Below are positions 54,392-64,000 of a stretch of DNA of 64,000 nucleotides, in pieces (positions within the stretch are counted from its first letter, which is position 1; each line of letters starts with the position of its first letter). The notes below the pieces were generated by a model. It ran no database searches. It had not been told where the DNA came from and saw only the letters and a program-made list of their open reading frames with translations. The stretch comes from Candidatus Aminicenantes bacterium (lineage in GTDB: Bacteria > Acidobacteriota > Aminicenantia > Aminicenantales > UBA4085). Location: contig CAWANZ010000002.1 of assembly GCA_963783665.1 (NCBI GenBank), forward strand, positions 971,701-1,035,700. Reading direction: 5' to 3'. The position numbers and the translations under genes were made by a program.

Positions 54392-55436
54392 ATGAATCAA
54401 AAGACGATGCGTAATGAGCGGGCAAATCCGGGGAAAGCCTGTCGCTTTTTCGCCGTTCTTGCCTTCGCGACTCTTTTCTCGTTTTTCGTCCCTGCCCTCC
54501 CCCTTCGGGCTTCCACTTCCCTCTTTTTCCTTGAGATTCAAGGAGTCGCCGGGTACTCCACGGCCGCCCGCAAGGCCATCGCCTATTCGATGAGCTCGAT
54601 GGAGACGATGCAGAAACCCAGCTTGGGATTCGATTTCGTTCAACGCTTTTCCGGGCGGAGCGGCGACATCGCCGTCCTGTCCGTCCAGGCCCGCCTCGCC
54701 TGGAATCCCGACGGTGACAAGGAATTCGAGCCCCAGCTCTATAACGCCTTCCTGAAATTCAAGCTGCGCCCGTTCGATCTCTGGGTCGGCCATAACCGCC
54801 CGGCCTTCGGGCTGGCTTCGATCTTCGATAACCACGCCCTCCTCCTTCATTCGCTCAACATGATGGGCTTTGGTTTCGACCGGGACTGGGGCGCCGGGAT
54901 CGAAAAAGACACCCCCCGCGGCCGGTATGCGCTGTCCCTTACCGACGGGCTCGGGCATGGGCCTGAAGATGGACGGAAATTATTTTCTTTCCGGCCGATA
55001 CGGCTTCGGCGTTTTAAACGAGGACAATTTCGCCGCCGGGCTTTCCTTCGGCTACGGGCAGCTTCGCGACGTCGCCGGTTATCACGAGCTGAGCGCCGAC
55101 CTGATCGACTTTGCCATGGCCGCGGCCGACGTCACCTGGCTTCGGAACAACTTGGAAAACCGGGTCGAGGTCATGGCCGGACGGCGCGGCGGGCACGGAA
55201 CCCTGGCCGCTTTCTGGAGAATCGGCCTGGGCTTGCTCGAGGAAAACCGGTTGAGGATCGAGCTTCAACCGACCGCCATCATCACCTCCGGACACAGCGA
55301 GTTCGAATACGCCGCCGGTTTGACGTATCTCCTTCATCCCGATTGGACGCTTCGGACCGTGGTCACCCATTCTCCGGCCATGAACGACACCCGCGTCGTT
55401 TTCCAGGTTTACTATTACAAAGGAATCGATTTCTAA
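54392..55436 (+). CDS. hypothetical outer-membrane beta-barrel-like protein; one frame change near 54960
   Basis: Signal after MNQKTMRNE (ACRFFAVLAFATLFSFFVPALPLRA). Alternating strand pattern. Ends ...VFQVYYYKGIDF with a C-terminal aromatic. Assembled from ORFs 54272..55456 and 54870..55436. Confidence 0.4.
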
Positions 55437-55452
55437 TCCGGGAGAACCATCC

Positions 55453-56101
55453 GTGACGAGAAAACCTGCTCCCTTCCGCTTCTTGATTCTGCTCGTCCTC
55501 TTCGCCCGCCTCGCCCTGGCGCCCCTGCTGGCGGCGGTCGGCTGCGAGCTCAACGACCCGGACCGCGACGTCAAGCGCCTCTTCCCCGAATCGACGGGAT
55601 ACAAAACCGAGTATGTCTCGATCGCCCGCCAGGGCGGCGAACCCCTGCTGCGAAAAATCGAAGCCCGCCTGGGCGACACATTCAAGGGTTTATACGAAAC
55701 GATCGACGTGTCTTACACCATGTACCGGATCTACAAGGGGACCGAACTCATCGGCTACATCCACGGCGTCAACCAGAAAGGCCGCTACGGCGGAATCCAG
55801 GTCTTCCTGGCCCTCGACCTCGACGGCAAAATCCGAAGCTTTTATTTCCAGAAGCTGACCAACCAATCGGCCGGGCTTCTTCGCGATCCGGCATTCGGCA
55901 AGCAATTCGTCGGCCTCGACCCTGGAGGATTTCGACGCCTACGATCCGGCGACGGCTACGGCCGACGCCGGCAGCAAGGTCGCGGCCATCCGCAATCCCG
56001 CTCCGTCCGCGGAAGACGATTTCCAGGCCGCCCTCCGCGGGGCCAAGAAAAATCTCATCCTCTGCGACGTCTTCCTTTTCGGCGGAAAGCTCGTGAAATA
56101 A
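55453..56101 (+). CDS. secreted hypothetical protein (possibly FMN-binding-domain-like); one frame change near 55925
   Basis: Signal/TM MTRKPAPFRFLILLVLFARLALAPLLAAVGC. Core YIHGVNQKGRYGGIQVFLALDLDGKIRSFYFQKL. C-terminus ...NLILCDVFLFGGKLVK is in another frame, reading to a stop at 56099-56101. Confidence 0.35.
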
Positions 56102-56110
56102 GGATCTCCC

Positions 56111-57311
56111 ATGAAAGACCGCATCTCCATCTACCAAATCGCGGCCAAAAACCTGCTGCGGAAAAAGACCCGCACCCTCGCTGACCATCCTCGGGATCGG
56201 CCTGTCGGCCTGGGTCCTGACCAGCCTGTTCGGCTTCAACCGAGGCTACGAGGAAGCCCTGAACAAGGACATCGACAACATGGGCTTCCAGGTCCTTCTG
56301 ACGGCCAAGGGCTGCCCGTACGAAGCGGCCACCCTGATGCTCAAGGGCGGGACCGGCCTCCGCTACATGCCCGAGGCGGTCTTTGCCGACATCCTGAAGA
56401 ATCCGGAAGTCGAGAAGATCACCCCCATGCTGATGCAGGCCGTCTTCGACCCGAACAAGGGCGAAAGCGGCGGGATCAGCGCCTACCTCGGCGTCGACCC
56501 GGCCACCTATCCGGCGATGAAATCGTTCCTCGAGTTCCGGCAGGGCGCCTGGTTCACCGACCCGGACAGCCACGAAGCCGTCCTGGGGTACGAGGCGGCC
56601 GAGCTCGAGCAGCGCGAGGTCGGCGACAAGATCCTGGTCACCGAGAAGAACATCGAATACACCGTCGTCGGCATCCTCGGCCGCTCGGGAACCCAGGACG
56701 ACGGGACGATCTTCGTCCCGATCCGGACCCTCCAGAAGGATTTCGCCCAGGAAGGGAAGGTCACGGCCGTCGGGATCAAGGTGAAAAAAGAGGCCAACAT
56801 CGTCGAATTCGAGAACAAGCTCTACGACCTGCCCGACGTCCAGGTCGTCTCCATGGCCCAGGTCAAGACGACCATCATGTCGCTCGTCTCGACGGCCAAG
56901 GTCATGGTCTTCTCCATCGCCCTGATCGCCATCCTCATCGCCATGCTCGGGGTCATCAACACCATCCTGATGTCGGTCTTCGAGCGCTTTCAGGAGATCG
57001 GGATCATCAAGAGCATGGGGGCCATGCCCTGGGACGTCTTCCGGATGATCTGGACCGAGACGGTCATCCTGTGCCTGCTGGGCGGGACGATCGGCGTCGG
57101 CTTCTCCTTCGGCATGGCCAAGCTGACCGACCTTCTCATCCGCCGGCTCCTGCCCTACACGCCGACCGGGAGCCTGATCATCGTCAACGGCCGCCTGGCC
57201 CTGATGACCCTGGGCATCGTCCTCGTCGTCGGCCTCGTTTCGGGCTTGTACCCGGCCTGGCGGGCCGCCCGGGTCCGGCCCCTTGAATCCATCCGGAGCG
57301 AAGGAGAATGA
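56111..57311 (+). CDS. MacB/FtsX-type ABC transporter permease; one frame change near 56180
   Basis: N-terminal TM (corrected: RTLLTILGIGLSAWVLTSLFGF). Large periplasmic domain. FtsX C-terminal module: IALIAILIAMLGVINTILMSVFERFQEIGIIKSMGAMPWDVFRMIWTETV ... VSGLYPAWRAARVRPLESIRSEGE. Confidence 0.8.
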
Positions 57312-57313
57312 CC

Positions 57314-58009
57314 ATGGCGACCCAAAGCGTCCCGCCCTCGAAGCCCAATCCCTGCGGAAAGTCTATCATCGCGGCGCCGAAGACATCGTCGCCGTCGACG
57401 ACATTTCCCTGTCCGTGGCCAAAGGCGAATTCGTCTCGTTCATCGGCCCCTCGGGCTCCGGGAAGACGACCCTGATCAACCTCCTCGGCTGCCTGGACAA
57501 TCCCACCTCCGGCACGCTTGCCCTTTCGGGAGAGACCGTTTTTTCCGCCTCCAAGTGCCTCTCGGAATCCGATCTGACCCGGATCCGGCGCCGCGTTTTC
57601 GGCTACATTTTCCAGAAGTTCTATCTCGTCCCGACTCTGACCGTCATGGAAAACGTCCTCCTCCCCTTCGCTTTCTTATAAAAAGCCGAATATCGTCGCC
57701 GACCCGCATGGACATCCTGCCGGTCTCTCGGGATGGAGAAGCGCTTCGACCACAGACCCGGCGGAGCTTTCCGGCGGTGAGATGCAGCGGGTGGCCATCG
57801 CCCGGGCCCTCATCAACAAACCCGAGATCCTCCTGGCCGACGAGCCGACCGGAAACCTCGATTCCAAGCGGAGCGAGGAGATCGGCCAGGTCCTCAAGAC
57901 GCTCAACGAGCGGGACGGCCTGACGATTCTCCTCGTCACCCACAACCCGATGCTGGCCGGCTTCGCCCACCGGACGATCGCCCTCCGTGACGGCAAGGTG
58001 GAGGGATAA
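57314..58009 (+). CDS. ABC transporter ATP-binding protein (MacB/LolD-like); one frame change near 57335
   Basis: AAGGAGA RBS, ATG 57314. Walker [12 protein letters not shown]-loop [17 protein letters not shown]. Signature [15 protein letters not shown]. Walker [14 protein letters not shown]-loop LLVTHN. The stop is at 58007-58009. Confidence 0.8.
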
Positions 58010-58105
58010 GGCCGAATTTCTTCGCCGCCTGCCGGAACGCCGGGTCCGGTTTTCCCGGGAATTTTTTGATAGAATGACGGCGGAAAACCGCCTAAGGACC
58101 GCGTC

Positions 58106-59164
58106 ATGCTCCATCGCCTGAAATCCTCCATCGCAAGGGCCGGGTCCGTTGTGCTTTTTGCGGCGGCAATCTTCCCCGCGGCCGCCTCAAACGCCCAGAC
58201 CAATGACGTCTTCGCCGGTTCGCCGGCCGTCCTTCTCAAGCACCCGGGGACGATCATCGTCGGCGGCGAAGTCGAACGCGAAACCGTCGTCACCCTGGCC
58301 GGCCTGCCGCTTCGCAGCGTGGCGGTGAAAGAAACCGTCTTTGACGGCGAGAAAACCGTTTTTCGGGGCGCCTACCGTTACGATGGGTATTCACTGGCTG
58401 ACATCCTCGACCGCATCGTCGTGAAGAAAAAGAACGCCGCAGAATACCCGCGAAAGATCGATCTCTTTGTCGAAATCTCAAACGACGCCGGCGAGAAAGC
58501 GCTCTTTTCCTGGGGCGAAATTTTTTATCCGAATCAACCGCACCGGATCCTCTTGGCGACAGCGGTCTCGCGGTTTGTACCCCAACTGACCAAGGATCTC
58601 TGGCCGATTCCGGGAGAGTGCAAGCTTATTGCCGGGACGGACCGTTTGACCGCCCGCGGCCTCAGGAATCCGACGCGGATCACGGTGAAATCGTTTGACT
58701 TCAAGCCGGCAGGCCCAAGCGATGCGGCGGCCGGAGCCGCAAAAGCCGCGGCGAAGATGCGGTTGAAAATCAACGAATCCGTGGTCGCGGAATACGATCA
58801 GCTCCCTGAGGATCTCCTAAAATTGACCTACCCTTCGACACTCTACGGCCAGGGCAAGGGTTTTCTCGGCACTCGCGACCTGACGGGGGTGCCAATGTCC
58901 AGCTTTCTAACCGGAAAAGTCCCGGTGACGAATGAGTCCCTGAGCGAAGGCCTGGTCGCCTTTATCGCCGCCGATGGTTATCGCGCGGTCTTCAGCCTGA
59001 GCGAACTCGTCAACCGGAACGACCGCCAGGAGATGCTCCTGATCGAGACCGAAGACGACGGCGGCTTGGCCGGATTCTCGATTTTCCCTAGCGGCGATTT
59101 TTATTATGACCGGGCGGTGAGCCGGATCGTAAGCCTCAACGTCTTGATATCGCATATAAAATAA
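58106..59164 (+). CDS. secreted hypothetical protein (352 aa) with two tandem internal domains
   Basis: Intact. Signal MLHRLKSSIARAGSVVLFAAAIFPAAASNAQ. Two internally similar halves (VKETVFDGEKTVFRGAYRYDGYSLADIL... and ...TGKVPVTNESLSEGLVAFIAADGYRAVFSL...). Any resemblance to a molybdopterin-oxidoreductase-like fold is speculative. Confidence 0.4.
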   Translation: MLHRLKSSIARAGSVVLFAAAIFPAAASNAQTNDVFAGSPAVLLKHPGTIIVGGEVERETVVTLAGLPLRSVAVKETVFDGEKTVFRGAYRYDGYSLADILDRIVVKKKNAAEYPRKIDLFVEISNDAGEKALFSWGEIFYPNQPHRILLATAVSRFVPQLTKDLWPIPGECKLIAGTDRLTARGLRNPTRITVKSFDFKPAGPSDAAAGAAKAAAKMRLKINESVVAEYDQLPEDLLKLTYPSTLYGQGKGFLGTRDLTGVPMSSFLTGKVPVTNESLSEGLVAFIAADGYRAVFSLSELVNRNDRQEMLLIETEDDGGLAGFSIFPSGDFYYDRAVSRIVSLNVLISHIK

Positions 59165-60317
59165 TCTCTCCGCGACACGGTTTCTCTTTTCCTTGACAGG
59201 CTCTTTAAGGCCGCGTTATATTCAGTTCATCGAACTGATAGGGCGGGGCATGAAACGCAAACGCGGAATTCGGGCGGCGGTGATGGTCGGCTTGGCGAAA
59301 ACGATACCCTCCGGAGCTCTTCGCCAATGATATCCAACGGCTAATCGTGGATGCGGGCATCAACCTGGCGGTTGTGGCAGGCGCAGGTAGAATTGTTCGA
59401 CACGCCTTCCACCGATCGCTGCCAGGTTTCCTACGCCACGAATGCGTTCAATGCCATTGTGGAAATCCGAAGCCGGCTCATCGGCCCCATGGACAATATC
59501 AACCTGCAGTCCGATCTCGATCAAATCAGCATGTACCCGGCCGCCACGGAAAGTCAGAGCGCCGTCACCGGGCGAGCAATGTCCACGGCATTTACTGGCT
59601 GTTGCGAAGCCGGCTGTCCGTGCTCTTCCTTTCGACCCGCGGGATTTACGCCAGCCCGAATTGCGACAGCTCCTTTCTGGACGTCGGCTATTACTTAGGC
59701 CGGGGGCGGATAGGAGCCTTTGCAAACAACGAATACGTGATGTCGAACGCTCCCGCGCCATGATGCTCGAGGCCATCGGGGCTGGAAAAGACTTGGCTGT
59801 GCGCTGCCCCTGCACCTACAACGTGGAAAACGCGGTGGGGAGCGATTCCATGGTCAACGCCAGAACCTTGGAGGATTTGAGAAGCTCGTCGAACCGAGCA
59901 AGGGGACCGCGGCCGTAGCTTAACTGGTTTTCCCGAGGGATCTCCGATTTCGCCCTGGTCCCCGCTCAGTTCCACTCCCCCTCCGCCTGCGCCGAATCCT
60001 TCGGCTTCCCTCCTCGGGACGTGGAGGATAGGAGACCGGGTCGACCACGATTTTCGCCCAGGCGGGGAATATGAATATCGGGACAGCACAAAACCTGGCG
60101 TCTGTCTTAATTAATCTCGGCTACCGAGAAGGGATGAACATTCCGAATTCACGGGCGGTTCCCAGGGCGTTTATACGGGCCAGATGAACATACGTGGCTG
60201 CAGACGGCAATTTCCTTGCAAAAATTGGCGCGTCACGGTGAGCGGGAACACGGCCACGTTAAGCGATATGTTCGAAGGGGGCCGGGCCACGTATACCGCC
60301 ACAGAATCCAGTGATAT

Positions 60318-60470
60318 TCCCCCCTTACTGATAAAGGGGAATTCGTGAGAGTAGGACGAGGGCGCCTCGCAAGACTCAACCATAAATTCTCTACCCCACC
60401 TACCGCCCCTAATACAGGGGCGGACGGCAGGACGGCGCCCCTCAGTGAAAGTACGAGGGGGGGGGGATTA
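60318..60470. repeat. third locus of the composite GC-hairpin repeat family (one alpha-like and one beta unit) at the border of the AT-rich islet
   Basis: ccccccttactgataaagggg hairpin (60319-60340). ctaccccacctaccgcccctaatacaggggcggacggcagg (60395-60435; stem ccgcccc/ggggcgg), followed by a G10 homopolymer (60457-60466). Confidence 0.55.
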
Positions 60471-60822
60471 GAATAATCACGGCCGCCTGCCTGATAATAG
60501 TCATTTCTCGGGGAAATATGCCGCGGACAGACCGTCATTGAGCGCCACAAATAGACACTCTCTGTTACATTTTGAGGGACATTATTTCCGTTCAAATATT
60601 CCCTTCGAAAATAGTCTCTGCGGACCGCAATGAGGTTCGTGGCGCGTCAGTCTACCCTACCGTCTATATCACTCTCCTGGACGCAGAAATATATCAAGGC
60701 GTACTTTATTAAAAAGAGATTCTCGGCATTCAAAGAGAAAATATATGTTGATATATATTATTTTCGCTTCTCAAGCATTAAATCGGATTATTATTCAACC
60801 TTACCGTTATATTCGATAATTC

Positions 60823-61943
60823 TCATTCATATATACCTTTGATTAAGTTGTAATTATTAATTTTCACTATTACTAATTTACTTTTTTCTTCATCATCACT
60901 ATTATTTTTTATTATTGCATATATCATTCCTTCCTTAATTACCTTCGGAAATACTGGAAATTGCACTTTATATAAATAAAGCGCATCTTTCCCAATAATA
61001 TCAATCTCCTCTTGAATATCGTCATCGATTATCGATTTTTTTCTCTAATAACATATATTAGTCCTTTTTCATCGGATAGCAAACCACTTATAAAAGGACG
61101 ATTTTCAGGAATATTAGGAGTAATTTTTATTTGTACTCCAGATATTTTAGTATTATTCACTATCTTTTCTATTGCGTTTTTCTCTTCGATGCTAACTTTT
61201 TGGGGTTTTTGTTTTATCGAAATAGATTCTTTCATCGTCCCGTCTTCATCATATGAAAACACTTGATAATTTGTATTATCTGCGTACAACAAACCATTTT
61301 CATTTATTATTGAATAAAAGGCTCGTTTTTTATAAGGGTGACTAATAGATATATTTATCTCACTTATTTTTGTGCTATTTTCATCAATACTCAATGAAAC
61401 GATTTGCCTTTCAGCCTTTCCATTTGAATTTATTTTATATAATGCAAGCTCATTATTATTGCTCACATCTCTTCTCATCGTATACATTAAACACATTTTA
61501 TTAATACATACATCGTATTCTGGAAGTAATAATAAATTAATATTTTTTTGAAACGTTAGATTTTTGTCAAATAAGACAATTTTATATCTATCAAATATAT
61601 AAATGTTTCCCAAATAATCACAAGATACTTTATTGGGTATTTGTTGAAACTCTCCAGGCTCTTGCCCGAATATGAATTTTTTACTAACGATTATTTCACT
61701 ATCTTTGCTAATTTTTAATATATAAGCATTCGTAATCGCAATAATATTTTCCTCAATATCTACATCAAAATCATATGCCTCATAGTTTTCAGTATTATTA
61801 ATAAATATTGGAAATTCAAGTACAGTTTTTTGCTCATACTCAAGAAGAAATTCTCCATATATTGGCTTTGGCATATTAATAATACTTTTAATATTATCGA
61901 ACGAAGCAATAATAATATTAAATAACAATATTAGAGAAATCAT
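60823..61943 (-). CDS. low-GC lipoprotein-like beta-propeller protein (resembles Bacteroidetes 6-bladed beta-propeller / BF3164-type lipoproteins); one frame change at a T7 run
   Basis: About 30% GC versus about 65% for the window. AGGAGGA RBS, then ATG 61943. N-terminal hydrophobic MISLILLFNIIIASF. Repeated blade-like IYIFDRYKIVLFD / GLLYADNTNYQVFSYDEDG motifs. The ORF stops at 61029, but one extra T in the T7 run (61036-61042) continues it for 69 codons (KKSIIDDDIQEEIDIIGKDALYLYKV ... NYNLIKGIYE) to a stop at 60823-60825. Confidence 0.55.
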
Positions 61944-62204
61944 ACTTTCCTCCTAATAATGGCAGTGTTAGGAAATCTGTGTAAACCGCTTATTTCCATT
62001 TACGCTTGTCCCCCCATCCGATCATCGAAATATATCATTAACTGGGAATATATCAGTAGCGCAGTCTCTCTGCCGAAAGGTCCATTATTTCTGCAGCATC
62101 TTCCACGGTGAGGAAGACTTGTTTGAGGCTCTGGATCGGATTCATTGTATAGACCATGATCCGGATTTCCGGAGGATATTTAAAAACAGACTAGGAGCGG
62201 TTGG

Positions 62205-62630
62205 CCGGAACTGCAGGAAATATTTTATTCCGAAGACGCGTGCCAAGATTTTTCTTTCCTAACTCCCAAGGGTCGTGAAGGACCGGCAAAGCCTCGAGAT
62301 CTTATCCCCCCTTCCCCCCTTACTAATAAGGGTGGAGTTTGTCAGCGCTAAGACCGGGGTGCTTTTAAGACTTTTCTTATTGGTATCTACCTATCCTACC
62401 TTCCCTAGGACTAGGGAGAGGACGGCTAAAGCCGGCAGGAAGTATTTTATTCCGAAGACGCGTGCCAAGATTTTTCTTAGACCTTATCCCCCCTCCCCCC
62501 TTCCAAGAAGGGGGGCCCAGAAAACTGAAAGTTAGCGCCCCTTTTGCCCGGAGCGCTCACAATTTTCCTTAGGTCTTATCCCCCCTTCCCCCCTTACTAA
62601 TAAGGGGGGAATTCGTCAGCGCTCCGGGAG
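62205..62630. repeat. array of composite GC-hairpin repeat units (three alpha hairpins, one beta-like unit and two AT-hairpin linker segments) directly 3' of tRNA-Ser(TGA)
   Basis: Linker ggaaatattttattccgaagacgcgtgccaagattttt occurs twice (62218-62255 and 62441-62478). Alpha units: cttatccccccttccccccttactaataagggtgg (62293-62330), cttatcccccctccccccttccaagaaggggggccc (62484-62520) and cttatccccccttccccccttactaataagggggg (62571-62607). Beta-like unit: cctaccttccctaggactagggagagg (62393-62420). The last unit ends 7 nt before the tRNA 3' end. Confidence 0.6.
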
Positions 62631-62636
62631 AGGTTT

Positions 62637-62724
62637 CGGAGGGAGGGGGATTCGAACCCCCGTTCCGGGGATACCGGAAAGCGGTTTTCAAGACCGCCGC
62701 CTTCAACCACTCGGCCATCCCTCC
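62637..62724 (-). tRNA. tRNA-Ser (anticodon TGA), class II
   Basis: Reverse complement reads GGAGGGA-TG-GCC-GAGTGGTTGAA-GGC-G-GCGGT-CTTGAAA-ACCGC-(long variable arm)-GGGGG-TTCGAAT-CCCCC-TCCCTCC-G. It has U33, anticodon UGA and A37. The listed ORF 62569..62778 on this strand is an artefact of it. Confidence 0.85.
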
Positions 62725-62734
62725 GATACTCATA

Positions 62735-64000
62735 TCAAATCGACATGGGACAAGATGAACGCCATCGTGGCCGGCCAAGAAAAGATCGTTCCTTCCCGCT
62801 ATCCCCCCGTTTCGGGGAGCTTTTATGATCGGGTAATCCGGGCAACCCGTTCATGTAGGGGCGCAAAGCCTGGGGAATGTCGATCGCCCCGCTTTCGTCC
62901 TGATAATTCTCGAAGATCGCGGCCACGGTCCGGCCGACGGCCAGGCCGGATCCGTTGAGCGTATGGACGAATTCCGGCTTGGCCTTGGGATCCCGGCGGA
63001 AGCGGATATTGGCCCGGCGGGCCTGGAAATCGCCGCAATTGGAGCAGGAGGAAATCTCCATGAAGCCCCGACGCGTCGGCATCCAGACTTCCAGGTCGTA
63101 GGTCTTCCGGCTGGCAAAACCCATGTCCCCGGTGCAAAGGGCCATGACCCGGTATGTCAGGCCGAGGCGCTTGAGGACCTCCTCGGCGCCCGCGGTCATG
63201 TATTCGAGCTCCTCCATCGATTTTTCGGGGAGGGAGAAGATCATCATCTCGACCTTGTTGAACTGGTGCTGGCGGATGAGCCCGCGGATATCCTTGCCGT
63301 AGGAGCCCGCTTCCGACCGGAAGCACGGAGTATAGGCGGCAAACCGCCTCGGCAAGGCCCCGTCCATAATCTCGTCGCGGTAGAGGTTCGTCAGCGGCAC
63401 TTCGGCCGTCGGGACGAGATACCAGGGCAGACCCTCCAGCTTGAACAGGTCCTGGGCGAATTTCGGGAGGTTTCCCGTCCCGGTCAGGCTCGCCTCGTTG
63501 GCGATGAACGGCGGAACGACTTCGGTGAATCCCCGCTCCCGGGTGTGGATATCGAGCATAAAATTGATCAGGGCTCGTTCCATCCGGGCTGCCGCGGCCA
63601 TGTAGACCGTGAAGCGTGAGCCGGTGATTTTCGCCGCCCGGTCGAAATCCAGGATCCCGAGGGTCGTTCCGAGATCCCAATGGGCTTGTGGCTCGAAATC
63701 GAAACTCCGGGGCTCCCCGAGCCGCCGAACCTCGACGTTTCCCCCGGCGTCAAATCCCACCGGGACGGAGTCGTCGGGCAGATTGGGGATATTGAGAAGC
63801 GTCATCCGGATCTGATCGTCTAAGGGCTTCAGCTCCTCTTCCAGCACCTTGATCCGGTCGCCGACCAGCTTGGTTTCGGAAATGAGGGCGGACGCGTCGC
63901 CGCCCGAGCGCTTGAGTTTGGCGACCTCTTCGGAGGCCTTGTTCCGCTGGGCCCTGAGGTCCTCGACCTTGTGCAAGGCAACTTTCTTGGCCTCGGACAG
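62735..64000 (-). CDS. serS: seryl-tRNA synthetase; the 5' end lies beyond the window; a C-terminal extension is possible from a late frame change
   Basis: N-terminal coiled-coil ...[20 protein letters not shown]. Class II core: [56 protein letters not shown] and [22 protein letters not shown]. The usual C-terminus [11 protein letters not shown] is followed by about 35 extra residues before the stop at 62735-62737. Confidence 0.85.
   Translation of the reverse strand: MSEAKKVALHKVEDLRAQRNKASEEVAKLKRSGGDASALISETKLVGDRIKVLEEELKPLDDQIRMTLLNIPNLPDDSVPVGFDAGGNVEVRRLGEPRSFDFEPQAHWDLGTTLGILDFDRAAKITGSRFTVYMAAAARMERALINFMLDIHTRERGFTEVVPPFIANEASLTGTGNLPKFAQDLFKLEGLPWYLVPTAEVPLTNLYRDEIMDGALPRRFAAYTPCFRSEAGSYGKDIRGLIRQHQFNKVEMMIFSLPEKSMEELEYMTAGAEEVLKRLGLTYRVMALCTGDMGFASRKTYDLEVWMPTRRGFMEISSCSNCGDFQARRANIRFRRDPKAKPEFVHTLNGSGLAVGRTVAAIFENYQDESGAIDIPQALRPYMNGLPGLPDHKSSPKRGDSGKERSFLGRPRWRSSCPMSI

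Noticed and set aside
59907-59975. tRNA-like 5' fragment, ggggaccgcggccgtagcttaactggtt, which would be an att-site remnant.
   Set aside because: It starts like a tRNA acceptor/D-arm, but the complementary ggtcccc closes only 62 nt later. No D-stem closure, anticodon arm or T-arm can be drawn. It is more likely a simple GC hairpin.
60186-60350. Small ORF MNIRGCRRQFPCKNWRVTVSGNTATLSDMFEGGRATYTATESSDIPPLLIKGNS next to the repeat hairpin.
   Set aside because: It has no RBS, runs into the ccccccttactgataaagggg hairpin, and has no conserved character. It is most likely non-coding.
62569-62778. ORF 62569..62778 (-) [15 protein letters not shown]...
   Set aside because: It lies entirely on the tRNA-Ser(TGA) gene and the adjacent hairpin repeat. 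Its protein sequence is a read-through of structured RNA and C/G runs.

Overview
High-GC (about 65%) bacterial chromosomal segment, probably from a Gram-negative (two-membrane) organism with many secreted hydrolases. The source is likely a metagenome or long-read assembly.

About 55 protein genes and two tRNA-Ser genes can be supported. Recognisable content:
- housekeeping genes: argS, mutY, tex, serS and kbl;
- a Kef-type K+/H+ antiporter;
- a hybrid receiver-PAS-GAF-HisKA_2 sensor kinase;
- a flavodiiron protein;
- two tandem sulfatase-family genes;
- a large glycoside hydrolase;
- peptidases of families C1, C45, S9, S8 and M56 (the M56 is a BlaR1-like protein paired with a BlaI repressor);
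- an ECF sigma/anti-sigma pair;
- a YtrA-type GntR regulator with an ABC transporter whose permease is fused to a TolB-like beta-propeller;
- a MacB-type ABC pair;
- an isochorismatase / FAD-oxidoreductase / radical-SAM triad.

More than half of the conserved genes are interrupted by single-base frame changes. Two of these fall exactly in 7-nt homopolymers, and about 20 genes, including long ones, are intact. This points to consensus indel errors rather than pseudogenes, so every frameshift and pseudogene call here is provisional.

The least expected content:
1. A composite GC-hairpin repeat family sits immediately 3' of both tRNA-Ser genes and at a third locus. At the tRNA-Ser(TGA) locus the repeats border a 1.6 kb AT-rich islet (about 30% GC) that encodes a Bacteroidetes-like beta-propeller lipoprotein. 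No integrase is visible in the window.
2. A family of perfect 25-bp-arm palindromic (MITE/REP-like) elements lies in and around the sigma / GntR-ABC locus.

All functional assignments come from reading motifs by eye. No database searches were run.
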